Positions 47,303 through 56,326 of a DNA stretch of 56,326 bases are shown in pieces. Source of the DNA: a virus (Duplodnaviria; Caudoviricetes); IMG/VR virus record IMGVR_UViG_3300018083_000033, positions 1 to 56,326 of that record; one strand, 5' to 3'. A program made the position numbers and the translations under genes. Each line of letters starts with the position of its first letter. Position 1 is the stretch's first letter. Under the pieces are notes generated by a model. It had not been told where the DNA came from and ran no database searches. It saw only the letters and a program-made list of their open reading frames with translations.

Positions 47303-48112
47303 ATGCGGGCCGTCCTCCTCACGGCCTGTGTGTGGCTCTGGGTCAGCCCTGCGCTGGCCCAGACGCCTATCGTATTAGGCGCAACCTATTCGGTATCAGC
47401 CGATCACGATGCAGCCGATACCACCGAGTACGTGCTGCGGGACGCGGGCGCGCAGCTCGCCACGCAGCCATCGACGGCCCTAGTTGGCGGGTCGATTACC
47501 TTTCCCGGTGCCTTTGTCGCCACGGCAGGCTCGCATAGCCTGACGGTGTCGGCGCTGAATGCGGCGGGCGAGGCTCCGTCCGCGCCGTTGCTGGTGATGG
47601 TGGCGCCTCCGCCTCCACCACCCCCGCCGCCTCCTCCGCCTCCGGTGGATCCCGTGCCGACGCTTGGCCCGTGCAATTACACCTCCCCGGCTGGCGTCAC
47701 GAGCACAAAGCCGATCGGCGATACCACGGTGCAGGGCTGGAACACCTACGACTTCACCAAGCTGGCGGATATTCAGAAGTTCGGCGCTAAGGTCCAGCAG
47801 CTTGTGCAGTGGGGCTTTACGGTTGCGGTGACGCAGTTCAATAAGCCGAAGAATCAGGTGTATTTCGTGGCTACCTGCGTCGGCGTTGCCGCCGCGGTGG
47901 TGCCAGGCGGCACGATTCCACCGGCAGCGTCCTTGACGGATTCGGCCGGAGCCGTGTGGACATTGGTGGGTTCGTCTATTTTGAGGAACGGCCAGATCGT
48001 TGGGGCTGGATCAGATATTCGTCTTGTGTCTGGCGTGGTCGTTGTGTTGGGAACAGACGCCCATTGGTATCGCTGGAACAACGGCGCGTGGGACGTGGCC
48101 TCTGCGCCATGA
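47303..48112 (+). CDS. Secreted protein with FN3-like domain and polyproline linker
   Basis: Signal peptide ending ALA; HSLTVSALNAAGEAPS; long Pro run. Confidence 0.7.
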   Translation: MRAVLLTACVWLWVSPALAQTPIVLGATYSVSADHDAADTTEYVLRDAGAQLATQPSTALVGGSITFPGAFVATAGSHSLTVSALNAAGEAPSAPLLVMVAPPPPPPPPPPPPPVDPVPTLGPCNYTSPAGVTSTKPIGDTTVQGWNTYDFTKLADIQKFGAKVQQLVQWGFTVAVTQFNKPKNQVYFVATCVGVAAAVVPGGTIPPAASLTDSAGAVWTLVGSSILRNGQIVGAGSDIRLVSGVVVVLGTDAHWYRWNNGAWDVASAP

Positions 48113-48375
48113 CAGCCACCATGACTGTGCGTGAGCACTACCTTTTAAACCTGCTCTATCAGGCGATCGGCGTAATCGACGCGTTGTCGGAGAACGCGAT
48201 CGTAATGCCCACGTCGCTCGCCACGCTTGAGCGCTCGGCTATTATACAGGCACTAGACGCGGCCGGGGACCAAGTGGCGGCCGCGCGTCTGCTGGGCATC
48301 TCTCCGAGGGTGATCGATTACAAGATGAAGGCGCACGGCATCGCGCGTCGGCGAGATTTGCGCGTCACGGCATAG
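48109..48375 (+). CDS. Fis-family HTH protein
   Basis: LATLERSAIIQALDAAGDQVAAARLLGISPRVIDYKMKAHGI. Confidence 0.85.
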   Translation: MTATMTVREHYLLNLLYQAIGVIDALSENAIVMPTSLATLERSAIIQALDAAGDQVAAARLLGISPRVIDYKMKAHGIARRRDLRVTA

Positions 48376-48418
48376 AATGGGAGGCTCGCCGATCAACTTG
48401 CAAAGGAGCTACCCACAC

Positions 48419-49069
48419 ATGACACGACGACTTGCGATCGCTGCTCTCTTGTTCTTGGCTTTGGCAACTAGCGCGGAGGCGCAGGATCCTGTGGCGTTGA
48501 GGTTCTACATCGTCCCCAAAGCTGGCACCGGAGCGATCACCGATCCGATACGGCCGAAATATATCCTTGAGGTGGGCGCGATCAATTCGCTGAGCGCGAT
48601 GAATTATGGCCTTGAAGACACATTCCTTCTCGGCGTCGTGGTGACGAATGCTCAGCACACCACGCTCGCGTCAAACCTGGACGTGATCGCCATTCCGCAG
48701 GACATTGATAGCGCCATAGGCCTCACGGCCCTGCAAACCGTGAAGGACAAGTTGGAGGGGCTGAACATCCCATCTGATTGGGTGACGGTGAATCACACAT
48801 ACAGGCAGGCGATTGGCATCGTGGGCCGCGCGTTTCTTTACATGCAGCGGTTCAACGGCCGACAACTGCGAAAGTTTTTCGAGACAGGCATTGCGCTGGA
48901 TACCCGCGTCAACCAGTTGACGCAGGCGCAGCGGGACGCGATGAACGATGCCGCGGTGTCGCTCGGGTTGAGCACGGCAACGATTACCGGGCCGATGACG
49001 TTGCGCCAAGCGCTGCGGATCATTCTGGAACAACTGCCATCGTTCTCGTTAGCAGGGCAGACGTTCTAA
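48419..49069 (+). CDS. Hypothetical protein with signal-peptide-like N-terminus
   Basis: AAGGAG RBS; MTRRLAIAALLFLALATSAEA. Confidence 0.65.
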   Translation: MTRRLAIAALLFLALATSAEAQDPVALRFYIVPKAGTGAITDPIRPKYILEVGAINSLSAMNYGLEDTFLLGVVVTNAQHTTLASNLDVIAIPQDIDSAIGLTALQTVKDKLEGLNIPSDWVTVNHTYRQAIGIVGRAFLYMQRFNGRQLRKFFETGIALDTRVNQLTQAQRDAMNDAAVSLGLSTATITGPMTLRQALRIILEQLPSFSLAGQTF

Positions 49070-49075
49070 TTAGAC

Positions 49076-49714
49076 ATGGCGACACTCGGCACCGATACGT
49101 TCAATCGCGCAGACGAGAATCCGGTTGCCGGGTGGACGCTGCACCGCGGGCAGACCGCTGTGGTTAGTAACATGGCGCAGCGCGGGTCTGGTGGATCCTC
49201 CAACAATGAATGCGTGAGCGTGTTTATCGCGACGTGGCCGGCCGACCAGTGGTCGGAGGCAGAGATCGGGGCCACGCCTGCGTTCGGCGAGTGGCCTGGT
49301 CCAGCGGTGAGGATGACAACGATCGCGCCGCAGTTCTCGAAAGGCTACATCGCGATTCCTAATAACTCAAACGATACCGTCACATTATACGACTTCGACA
49401 CTGGCAGCTTTACGCTCCTTGGCGCACAGGGCGCGGCCTTGTCCGCGGCAGACTTGCTCTACCTGAAGTCAGTTGGCACGGATATTACGATCCAGATCAA
49501 CGGCGCGACATTGTTGAGTCTGTCGAATGGCACGTACGCGAGCGGCGATGCCGGCATGTTTATCTATGCGTTGAGCGATGTCGCATCTGGAAAAGTGAAC
49601 GCTTGGCGCGGCGGCGACCACAGCGCGGATTGGGCGCCATCGGCCGGCGCGTTGTCCGTGAGCGGTATTGCTGCTGCCCTGCGGTACGCCATCAACATGC
49701 CTGACGAACTATGA
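49076..49714 (+). CDS. Putative lectin-like beta-sandwich virion protein
   Basis: DTFNRADEN...W, DQWSEA, GTYASGDAG; C-terminal fibre repeat unit. Confidence 0.55.
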   Translation: MATLGTDTFNRADENPVAGWTLHRGQTAVVSNMAQRGSGGSSNNECVSVFIATWPADQWSEAEIGATPAFGEWPGPAVRMTTIAPQFSKGYIAIPNNSNDTVTLYDFDTGSFTLLGAQGAALSAADLLYLKSVGTDITIQINGATLLSLSNGTYASGDAGMFIYALSDVASGKVNAWRGGDHSADWAPSAGALSVSGIAAALRYAINMPDEL

Positions 49715-50307
49715 GCCTGATCGCATCAGAGCGCGAGACGTACGAGGCTGTCTGGGGGTTGGAGAACTACGCCAACTATGCCCCAGGCGAGAAGTACGCC
49801 GATGTGTTCGTGGAAATGGCTGGCATCAAGGATCCGTACAAGTTCAGCGTGCTCGATGCAGGCTGTGGGTCAGGCAAGGGCGCACTGGCCCTGAAGGCGC
49901 GCGGGTTCCATGAAGTGCGGATGTGCGACCTCACCGACGCGGGATTGGTGCAGGACGCCAAGCCGATTCTGTTCGATGCCGCCTGTCTCTGGCATCCACT
50001 CAAGCCGCAACTGCGGTACATGTCGGGCGGTACAGTGTCGTACGTCTACTGCTGCGACGTGCTCGAGCACATCCCGCCCCCGTTCGCCATGCTGGTGATT
50101 GCGCGGCTACTGGAAGTGTGCGCGCGTGGCGCGTTCTTCTCGATTGCCCTGCACCCTGACGATTACGGCGCATTTGTCGGCAAGCCACTCCACCAGACGA
50201 TCGAAGGTTTCAAGTGGTGGAAAGACAACCTGGCGGCGCTAGGCACCGTCAAGGAGTGCCGAGACTTGGGCAAGAACGGCCTGTATTACGTGGAGCCGAG
50301 CCGATGA
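49711..50307 (+). CDS. Class I SAM-dependent methyltransferase
   Basis: VLDAGCGSG, CCDVLEHIP. Confidence 0.9.
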   Translation: MSLIASERETYEAVWGLENYANYAPGEKYADVFVEMAGIKDPYKFSVLDAGCGSGKGALALKARGFHEVRMCDLTDAGLVQDAKPILFDAACLWHPLKPQLRYMSGGTVSYVYCCDVLEHIPPPFAMLVIARLLEVCARGAFFSIALHPDDYGAFVGKPLHQTIEGFKWWKDNLAALGTVKECRDLGKNGLYYVEPSR

Positions 50308-51161
50308 GTGAAACATCGGTGATTGAGGGCGTGACGTTCGACGGCCGCGTGAACACCGACGACGCGCAACTCCTCGCGAATATCACATCCTCGATCCGCC
50401 GCGGGCATCCGCAGATTAAGCCGCAGGCCTTGCAGCAGGACGCCGTGGCGCTTGTGTGCGGTGGGCCATCACTGGAATCCACCAAGTATGAACTGCTCGG
50501 GCTGATAGCCGCTGGCTCCAAGGTGGTCACCGTCAACGGGGCCTATCAGTGGTGCGTGGAGCGCAACATCTTCCCGGCGATGCAGATTGTGATGGACGCA
50601 CGGCCGACCAACGCGCGCTTTCTCGATCCCGCCCTGCCGCGGTGCCATTACGCGCTCGCCAGCCAGTGCCACCCAACGCTCTGGGATGCGGTTGAGGGCC
50701 GACCGAACGTCTGGATCTACCACGTTGGGGCCAGCGATGAGGAATCAGCCGCCAAGGCGCTGCTCGATGCGTTCTATCTGAAGCAGTGGCACGGCATCGG
50801 CGGCGGGACCACGGTGGGCACCAGAGCGATCGCCATGCTCAGAACCTTGGGCTATGTGCGCTTCGACGTGTTCGGGATGGATTGCTGCTGGATGGGCGAT
50901 GCCCATCACGCCTACCAACAGCCCGAGAACGACATCGACAAGCGGGTGGCGATCACGATTGAGCCCACGGGGCACCCTGAGCTCGCGCGCACGTTTCAGT
51001 GTGCGCCGTGGCATGGCAAGCAGTTGAGCGATCTGATTGAGATGGTGCGGTATCACGGGCACCAGTTTTTGTTGAACCTGCACGGGGACGGGATGGCGGC
51101 GTATGCGCTTCGGGCGAGCGCGGATGTAGTAGCTAACGAAGCGGCGCAGGCCGCGTCATAG
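50304..51161 (+). CDS. Maf/DUF115 (MptE-like) family protein, putative glycosyltransferase
   Basis: VCGGPSL, VTVNGA, MDAR, ASQCHP, GGTTVG...LGY..FDVFGMDC. Confidence 0.75.
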   Translation: MSETSVIEGVTFDGRVNTDDAQLLANITSSIRRGHPQIKPQALQQDAVALVCGGPSLESTKYELLGLIAAGSKVVTVNGAYQWCVERNIFPAMQIVMDARPTNARFLDPALPRCHYALASQCHPTLWDAVEGRPNVWIYHVGASDEESAAKALLDAFYLKQWHGIGGGTTVGTRAIAMLRTLGYVRFDVFGMDCCWMGDAHHAYQQPENDIDKRVAITIEPTGHPELARTFQCAPWHGKQLSDLIEMVRYHGHQFLLNLHGDGMAAYALRASADVVANEAAQAAS

Positions 51162-51170
51162 GAGACAGGC

Positions 51171-51858
51171 ATGGCAGCAGGCGCTTGGAACGTGTATAGC
51201 CTCAACTAACGCGGGGGCACCACGTTGAGAGACGTGGATGCGAACTGGCTCTGATTGACTTGAACCCTGTGATGGGAACAAGGGCGAAGGCGGGAGATGC
51301 AACCGCCACGCTGAGAGACTAAGCGAGCCGGCACCCTTCGGGGTGATGCGATAGTCCGAGCTCACGGGAAACCAACCGTGAGAGGCAGTAGAAATAGCTG
51401 CCCGCCATCAGACGACCGATGGTCCACAAGTAACAGCAGGCGCGAAGAAGAAGATCGGCAACGCTACGCTCTCGCTCGCATCGACCGTGTATCGGATGAC
51501 GCTCCACACGAGCGCGTCGAACGCGGCCACGGTGTCGCTGGGCGTGTATGCCTCGGTGACTGGCGAAGTGTCCGAGGCCAACGGTTACTCGTCCAGCGGT
51601 AAGGCGCTGACGGGTGAGGTGTGGACGGTGGGTGCCTCGGCCACACAATACAAATTTGACACGGACGATGCGTTCTGGTCGGCCAACGCGGGCACCATCG
51701 CGAATATCAAATACGCGGTGATCTGGATCTCTGGTGCATCGGCGAATGGTCGGCATCTGCTGTGCCGGTCGACGTTGAGCACATCGCAGTTCTCAATCTC
51801 AAGTGGAAATCGCCTGACCATAACCATGAATGCGTCGGGAGTTTTGACTTTAGTTTGA
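51171..51858 (+). CDS. Putative virion protein, spliced join(51171..51202,51441..51858), 149 aa
   Basis: AGGAG RBS, MAAGAWNVYS then in-frame stop; intron removal gives ...YSLAKKKIGNATLSLASTVYRMTLHTS. Confidence 0.8.
51203..51440 (+). ncRNA. Group I self-splicing intron (238 nt, no ORF)
   Basis: Core CTGAGAGACTAA...ATAGTCC (P7), GGCTC/GAGCC (P3), CACC-CTTCGG-GGTG (P8), exon ending in U pairing with GGGC, terminal G. Confidence 0.88.
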
Positions 51859-51872
51859 CGCTTGCCTATAAT
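51844..51872 (+). promoter_or_regulatory. Sigma70-type promoter of the HNH gene
   Basis: TTGACT-17-TATAAT; ATG 51880 lies at the expected start site. Confidence 0.7.
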
Positions 51873-51879
51873 GTTCCCT

Positions 51880-52728
51880 ATGGATTCAGGGAACAGGTAC
51901 TTTCAGACCGAGCGGGGCGAGTGGAGATGGCGGCTATCGAATGGCGGGACGGTGCATGCGTATCAAATGGCCTGCGCTGTTTGTGGCCGCGACTTCCAGT
52001 CCATCAGGGATGGACAGCGAACGTGCTCTAGAGAGTGTGGCGGTGGGCTAAGGAAGAAGCCGCCACAGCAGCGCAAGTGCCGCGGGTGTAAGGAGTTGTT
52101 CGGGGTCAACGAAAGGGGCCAGCGGTTCTGTGGTCATTCGTGCGCGGCTGTTTATCACGCTGCGAAGAAGCCGAGGACGACGAAGCGGTCAGACGTTGAA
52201 CTCGTTAACTCGGACAATCCGAGGTGGTCACAGGACGAGCGCGGGCAGTGGTGGTACACGATGGGCGGCAAGGGGTTGCGTTCTCGTGGGGAGATACGCA
52301 ACTGCAATGAATGCAAGCGCAGGTATCTCGTCAGCGTGTATCACAAGTCAAAGCGAACCGGCTTTTGTTCTCGCGGGTGCGCAACGGATGTGTGGCGACG
52401 GAACAACCCAGACAGGTTCAAGGGTGCCAACAGTGGGCGGTGGAAGGGCGGGCGGCGCGTTGAGGGACGCACCGGGTATGTCATGGTGCATCGTCCAGAG
52501 CACCACTCGCTTGGCGGTGGTCGGAAATACGTGCTCGAGCATCGGTTGGTGATGGAGCAGGTTCTCGGGAGGCCGCTGTTGACGACTGAGCATGTCCATC
52601 ACAAGAACGGCGTGCGCGATGACAACAGGCCAGAAAACTTGGAGCTGTGGATGAACGGCCATCCTCCCGGCCAGCGCGTGACGGAGCAGAAGCATTGCCC
52701 AACGTGTACGTGTAATCAGCATGGCTAG
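51880..52728 (+). CDS. Free-standing HNH homing endonuclease with zinc-finger repeats
   Basis: Several CxxC...CS..C units, WKGG, EHRLVMEQVLGRPL...HVHHKNGVRDDNRPENL. Confidence 0.92.
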   Translation: MDSGNRYFQTERGEWRWRLSNGGTVHAYQMACAVCGRDFQSIRDGQRTCSRECGGGLRKKPPQQRKCRGCKELFGVNERGQRFCGHSCAAVYHAAKKPRTTKRSDVELVNSDNPRWSQDERGQWWYTMGGKGLRSRGEIRNCNECKRRYLVSVYHKSKRTGFCSRGCATDVWRRNNPDRFKGANSGRWKGGRRVEGRTGYVMVHRPEHHSLGGGRKYVLEHRLVMEQVLGRPLLTTEHVHHKNGVRDDNRPENLELWMNGHPPGQRVTEQKHCPTCTCNQHG

Positions 52729-53101
52729 AGAGAAGTTCGTGGTTCGGCTGTTGGATCGGGGCGCGCAGATGCTCGCGTGGGCCGAGGTGTATGCAGAGCC
52801 TCGCCCACAAGACAGAGGCGCGTCCTGTCCCTATTGGCCGGTGACGCCGACGAACTTCGTGATTGAGCAAGACGGGCTGGCGTCAGAGCTGACGGTGCAT
52901 TGGTGCGATCTGGATGTGGCGAGACGCACGCCACTGATGGAAGCGGCGCAGGTGCAGGCTGGGCAAGTGTTCTCGTTTGCGTGGCTCGAGCCTGTTTGGT
53001 TGGTGAGTGGGCAGCATGGCGTGCCGTTGCAGGCGGTGACGATTCGCGGGCCTGTCAATGTGGCGGTGCCTGTGGGTTCGCTGATGGGGGTCGCTGGTTA
53101 A
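52721..53101 (+). CDS. Hypothetical protein
   Basis: Overlap-coupled between the HNH and fibre genes. Confidence 0.55.
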   Translation: MAREKFVVRLLDRGAQMLAWAEVYAEPRPQDRGASCPYWPVTPTNFVIEQDGLASELTVHWCDLDVARRTPLMEAAQVQAGQVFSFAWLEPVWLVSGQHGVPLQAVTIRGPVNVAVPVGSLMGVAG

Positions 53102-55372
53102 ATGGCGATCGCCCTCAGAGGCTCCGCGGCGGTACCGGCGGGAAATCCGACGACATCGGCCACCATCACGATTGACGGGGCGGTGGCGACGAATGACGTT
53201 CTCTTTCTGACCGTCACGTCTCGCGATTCCACTGGTGCGGGTACGCTCGCGGTCACGGATAACGATGCAGGGGGCAATGCGTGGGCGAAGATCGGCAACT
53301 CCACCGATCACAAGGCCACACTCTGGTACAAGCGCGCGACGTCAGCCACAGCCAGCAAGACAGTCACGATCGCCAACGCGGTCGGTTCCTGTTCAGCGGT
53401 CCTCAAGGCCTTTTCAGGCGCGAGCACGGGCAGCATTCCGTACAGCCAGGTTACCGTCGAAACCAACGCCGCAGCAGACGAAACGCATGCGGGCTTCACG
53501 CCCACAATGGGCGATTCGATGGTGTGCGCGGCCGTATTCGATTACGGCAATGACGACGCAATCACCAATCTAGCCTTCGGCACACTTGGTACGCTGACCG
53601 CGACAGAAAAGCAATCTACCGGCGGATCGGATTGCACCAACCAGTTCGGGCACAAGATTTCCACGGGCAATCCCGCGGCCACGGGCAACCTGACGTGGTC
53701 ACAGACGGATAACACCGGCTATTCGATGACGTGGGCGATTGTGCCGCCTGCGGACATGGCGCCGAGTGCTGGCGCGTTGACGGCTGCGGGTGTTGCTGCT
53801 GCATTGCTGTTGTCGATGGCGATGCCGGCTGGTGCGCTCACGCTGGCAGGGCAGACTGGCTCAGCGGGTAATGGGCCTGCGGTCAAGCCTGCGGCTGGCA
53901 CGCTGGTCTTCAAGGGACCACAGCGGCCGTCTGGCGGTTCGACACTCACGCCCAGCCAAGGCGGCTTAGCCTTTACCGGCTACGCGCCAGGGCTTCAGTT
54001 CCAGATTCCCGCGGGTGCAGGTGCGCTGGCTTTCGCGGGCACATCGGCAGGCTTAAGCGCCAGCCTAACGCCAGCAGCGGCCAGTCTGGCGCTCAGCGGG
54101 ACAGCGAGCAGCCTTCAGGACAGCTTTGCGGTTCCACAAGGCACCATAGCGTTTACAGGCCGATCGCCTTCGCTGAATACGATCGTTCCGCAAGGCGATC
54201 TGGCGTTCACGGGAACCACGCCCACCCTCACGCTGGCGATTACGCAGGCGCCTGGGGCTGGAAGTCTCACGTTTGCCGGCCTCTCGCCGTCTTTGGCGCA
54301 GACGTTGCCCGTTGCGGCGGGCTCGCTGTCTCTTGTTGGGACAACGCCGGCTCTCTCTGACGCACTAACGCCGAATGTTGTTGCCCTCACATTCACGGGC
54401 ACAACGCCAACGCTGTCGGTCAACGCGCAATACTATCCAGCCGCTGGACAGATCGCATTAACAGGCCTGAATCCAGCACTTCAGGATCTCGTTCCTGTTG
54501 GCGCTGGCGCACTCGCGCTGAGTGGTCAGACGCCCTCGATTGGCGCGGCGAACTCGGTTCCCGTTGATGCTGGCTCGCTGACGCTTGACGGACAAGCACC
54601 GACACTCGTTGAGCGCATTGCGGCGGCTCCGGCGGCTGGCAGTCTCGCGCTCTCCGGCCAAGCGCCCACACTCGTTGAGCTGATTTACGTCAGCCCTGCG
54701 GCTGGCTCGCTCACATTCACGGGTCAAGCGCCTGCCGCGTTGGGTGCAGGACAGCGCGCGCCTGATACTGGCGCACTCGTTCTCGCGGGCCAGGCGCCGG
54801 CCCTGCTCGAGCAGTTCCCTGTTGCCGCTGGAAGCCTTGCGTTCACAGGGTTAGCGCCATCGGCTGCTCAAGTCATCGATCGGCCAGTTGCGGCTGGTGC
54901 GCTTGCGTTCACCGGAACGACGCCGACCTTAGTTGAGCGCATTGTCGCGGCGCCTGCGGCTGGCGATCTGTCGCTCACGGGCACAACGCCGAGTATTTCT
55001 GCGCCGATTTCGCTGACGCCGAATGCTGGCGGTTTGGCGCTGAGCGGGCAAGCGCCCTCGCTGAATGACGGCATCGCGCCGAATGCTGGCACGCTGGCGT
55101 TCACAGGCACGAGCTGCACATTCGATGAGGCGATTCGTGTTTCGGCTGGTGCGCTCACGCTCACTGGAACCACGCCAGAGCTCGCACAAAGCCAATCGAA
55201 CCCTGATTCTGCGGCGTTGGTACTCGCTGGACAGGCGCCAACGATTACGGTGGCGATTGCGGCGATTGCCGATTATCGCGTCCTCATTCCGGCCGATGAC
55301 TATCGCGTCCTGATTCCAGCGGATGACGTGCGCGTGGTGATTCCGGCTGACGATCCCGAGGTGAATCTGTGA
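53102..55372 (+). CDS. Putative head/tail fibre-like repeat protein
   Basis: N-terminal beta domain followed by many PxAGxLxxxGxxPxL repeats; Ala/Gly/Thr/Ser-rich. Confidence 0.7.
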   Translation: MAIALRGSAAVPAGNPTTSATITIDGAVATNDVLFLTVTSRDSTGAGTLAVTDNDAGGNAWAKIGNSTDHKATLWYKRATSATASKTVTIANAVGSCSAVLKAFSGASTGSIPYSQVTVETNAAADETHAGFTPTMGDSMVCAAVFDYGNDDAITNLAFGTLGTLTATEKQSTGGSDCTNQFGHKISTGNPAATGNLTWSQTDNTGYSMTWAIVPPADMAPSAGALTAAGVAAALLLSMAMPAGALTLAGQTGSAGNGPAVKPAAGTLVFKGPQRPSGGSTLTPSQGGLAFTGYAPGLQFQIPAGAGALAFAGTSAGLSASLTPAAASLALSGTASSLQDSFAVPQGTIAFTGRSPSLNTIVPQGDLAFTGTTPTLTLAITQAPGAGSLTFAGLSPSLAQTLPVAAGSLSLVGTTPALSDALTPNVVALTFTGTTPTLSVNAQYYPAAGQIALTGLNPALQDLVPVGAGALALSGQTPSIGAANSVPVDAGSLTLDGQAPTLVERIAAAPAAGSLALSGQAPTLVELIYVSPAAGSLTFTGQAPAALGAGQRAPDTGALVLAGQAPALLEQFPVAAGSLAFTGLAPSAAQVIDRPVAAGALAFTGTTPTLVERIVAAPAAGDLSLTGTTPSISAPISLTPNAGGLALSGQAPSLNDGIAPNAGTLAFTGTSCTFDEAIRVSAGALTLTGTTPELAQSQSNPDSAALVLAGQAPTITVAIAAIADYRVLIPADDYRVLIPADDVRVVIPADDPEVNL
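55268..55354 (+). repeat. About three 27-bp tandem repeats (DYRVLIPAD)
   Basis: DYRVLIPAD-DYRVLIPAD-DVRVVIPAD. Confidence 0.85.
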
Positions 55373-55704
55373 GCACAGTGGACATACGCCCGCTGAACGT
55401 CATCGAAAAGGACGCCAACGAAAGCCGCGTCATTGTGTTCGACTGGAACGAGTCGAATCTGGCCGCAACCGTCACGATTTCCACCTCAACGTGGATCATC
55501 ACGGCGCTGCGGCCGTCAAACGAGTCGCCCGTCGCCTTGCTGAACGATAACGCCAGCATTCTGAGCGGCAGCCGCAAGACGCAAACACGATTAACGGCTG
55601 GCACATTGGGCAGCGAATACCGGGTCACTAATCGCGTGGTCACCAGCGAAAGCCCAAGCCAGACCAAAGAGCGCTCGATTGTGGTCAGCGTGGTGGATCT
55701 GTGA
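55369..55704 (+). CDS. Putative fibre adaptor (small beta-sandwich)
   Basis: KDANE....FDW...TISTSTW...GTLGSEYRVTNRVVT pattern. Confidence 0.65.
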   Translation: MSTVDIRPLNVIEKDANESRVIVFDWNESNLAATVTISTSTWIITALRPSNESPVALLNDNASILSGSRKTQTRLTAGTLGSEYRVTNRVVTSESPSQTKERSIVVSVVDL

Positions 55705-56069
55705 CAACGCTCGCCAAAAGGCCGTGCGCGTTTACGCAGGGCTGCACTGAGCGCGTTGAGTCAGGGTTTTGCGAAAAGCACGGCGGAAAGTGGAAAAACC
55801 GGCGTTCAGCATCCGCTGGTTGGTACGACACGGCAAAATGGAAGAACGAGCGAAAGCGGTTCATTTCTGAGTTTCCGTTGTGCGGGATGCGAACGCGCGG
55901 CCAGAAGCCTGTCATGAGCGAGTGCCACGCGAAGCAGCTTTTGGTGCCGGCGAAACAGGTTGATCACGTCGTTCCGCATCGCGGTGACGAAGCGCGGTTC
56001 TGGGATCGCGATGGCTGGCAGTCGTTGTGCGCGTCCTGTGGCGCCAAGAAATCTAGGTCGGGCCTGTAA
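55701..56069 (+). CDS. Packaging-associated HNH endonuclease (HK97 gp74-like)
   Basis: PLC...VDHVVPHRGD..RFWD...WQSLCASC; precedes terS on the circle. Confidence 0.9.
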   Translation: MTTLAKRPCAFTQGCTERVESGFCEKHGGKWKNRRSASAGWYDTAKWKNERKRFISEFPLCGMRTRGQKPVMSECHAKQLLVPAKQVDHVVPHRGDEARFWDRDGWQSLCASCGAKKSRSGL

Positions 56070-56267
56070 ATGGGCGGAATTGGATCCGGCGGACACAAGA
56101 ATTGCGGTCGGAAACGCATTGAAGGCGTTGCGCGCGACTCTCGTGGTCGAATCGTTTACTACGTGCCAGTGGTAAAAGCCCCGCCAAAAGGTCGGGCCGT
56201 TTCGCTGTGCGATTGCGGGTCCCAAAAGACGAAATCTAGCAGCCGGTCCGCGTGCTGGGCCAACTGA
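56070..56267 (+). CDS. Small hypothetical protein
   Basis: MGGIGSGG start, C-terminal Cys cluster. Confidence 0.4.
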   Translation: MGGIGSGGHKNCGRKRIEGVARDSRGRIVYYVPVVKAPPKGRAVSLCDCGSQKTKSSSRSACWAN

Positions 56268-56326
56268 GGCTCGCATGATGAGACGGGAGGGCCGTATCAC
56301 TCCTTGGGGTTATACGAACGCTACAC

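Noticed and set aside
53102-55372. Diversity-generating retroelement acting on the fibre gene
   Set aside because: No reverse transcriptase and no template/variable repeat pair; the repeats are protein-level
56268-56326. cos site near the window end
   Set aside because: Likely by HNH-terS synteny, but no specific sequence can be assigned without terminus data
1-56326. tRNA or rRNA genes, and a specific host assignment
   Set aside because: No cloverleaf or rRNA signature noticed by eye; the host cannot be supported from the sequence alone

Overview
The window looks like a complete or near-complete, GC-rich, HK97-like temperate siphophage genome of about 56 kb, opened at the terminase small subunit; the packaging-type HNH gene at the right end would adjoin terS on circularisation. 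Gene order: packaging genes with an inserted glycosyltransferase/radical-SAM block, head, tail, small membrane and accessory genes, a leftward early arm, CI/Cro-like switch, recombination/replication arm, then a late block of secreted and fibre-like proteins with a methyltransferase and a Maf-like enzyme. No tyrosine or serine integrase and no endolysin were recognised. Main observations: (1) a 3,498-bp cargo-carrying IS1-family element with 17-bp perfect terminal inverted repeats, inserted without target duplication at the centre of a palindrome inside the repressor gene, whose precise excision restores a longer in-frame repressor; (2) an unexplained dispersed ~60-85 bp repeat family (6 clear and 2 degenerate copies) at gene boundaries in both orientations; (3) a 238-nt group I intron in a small virion gene next to a free-standing HNH endonuclease; (4) a candidate virion glycosylation module split around the packaging genes; (5) several structured non-coding regions. 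All protein assignments come from motif and synteny recognition by eye, not database searches.
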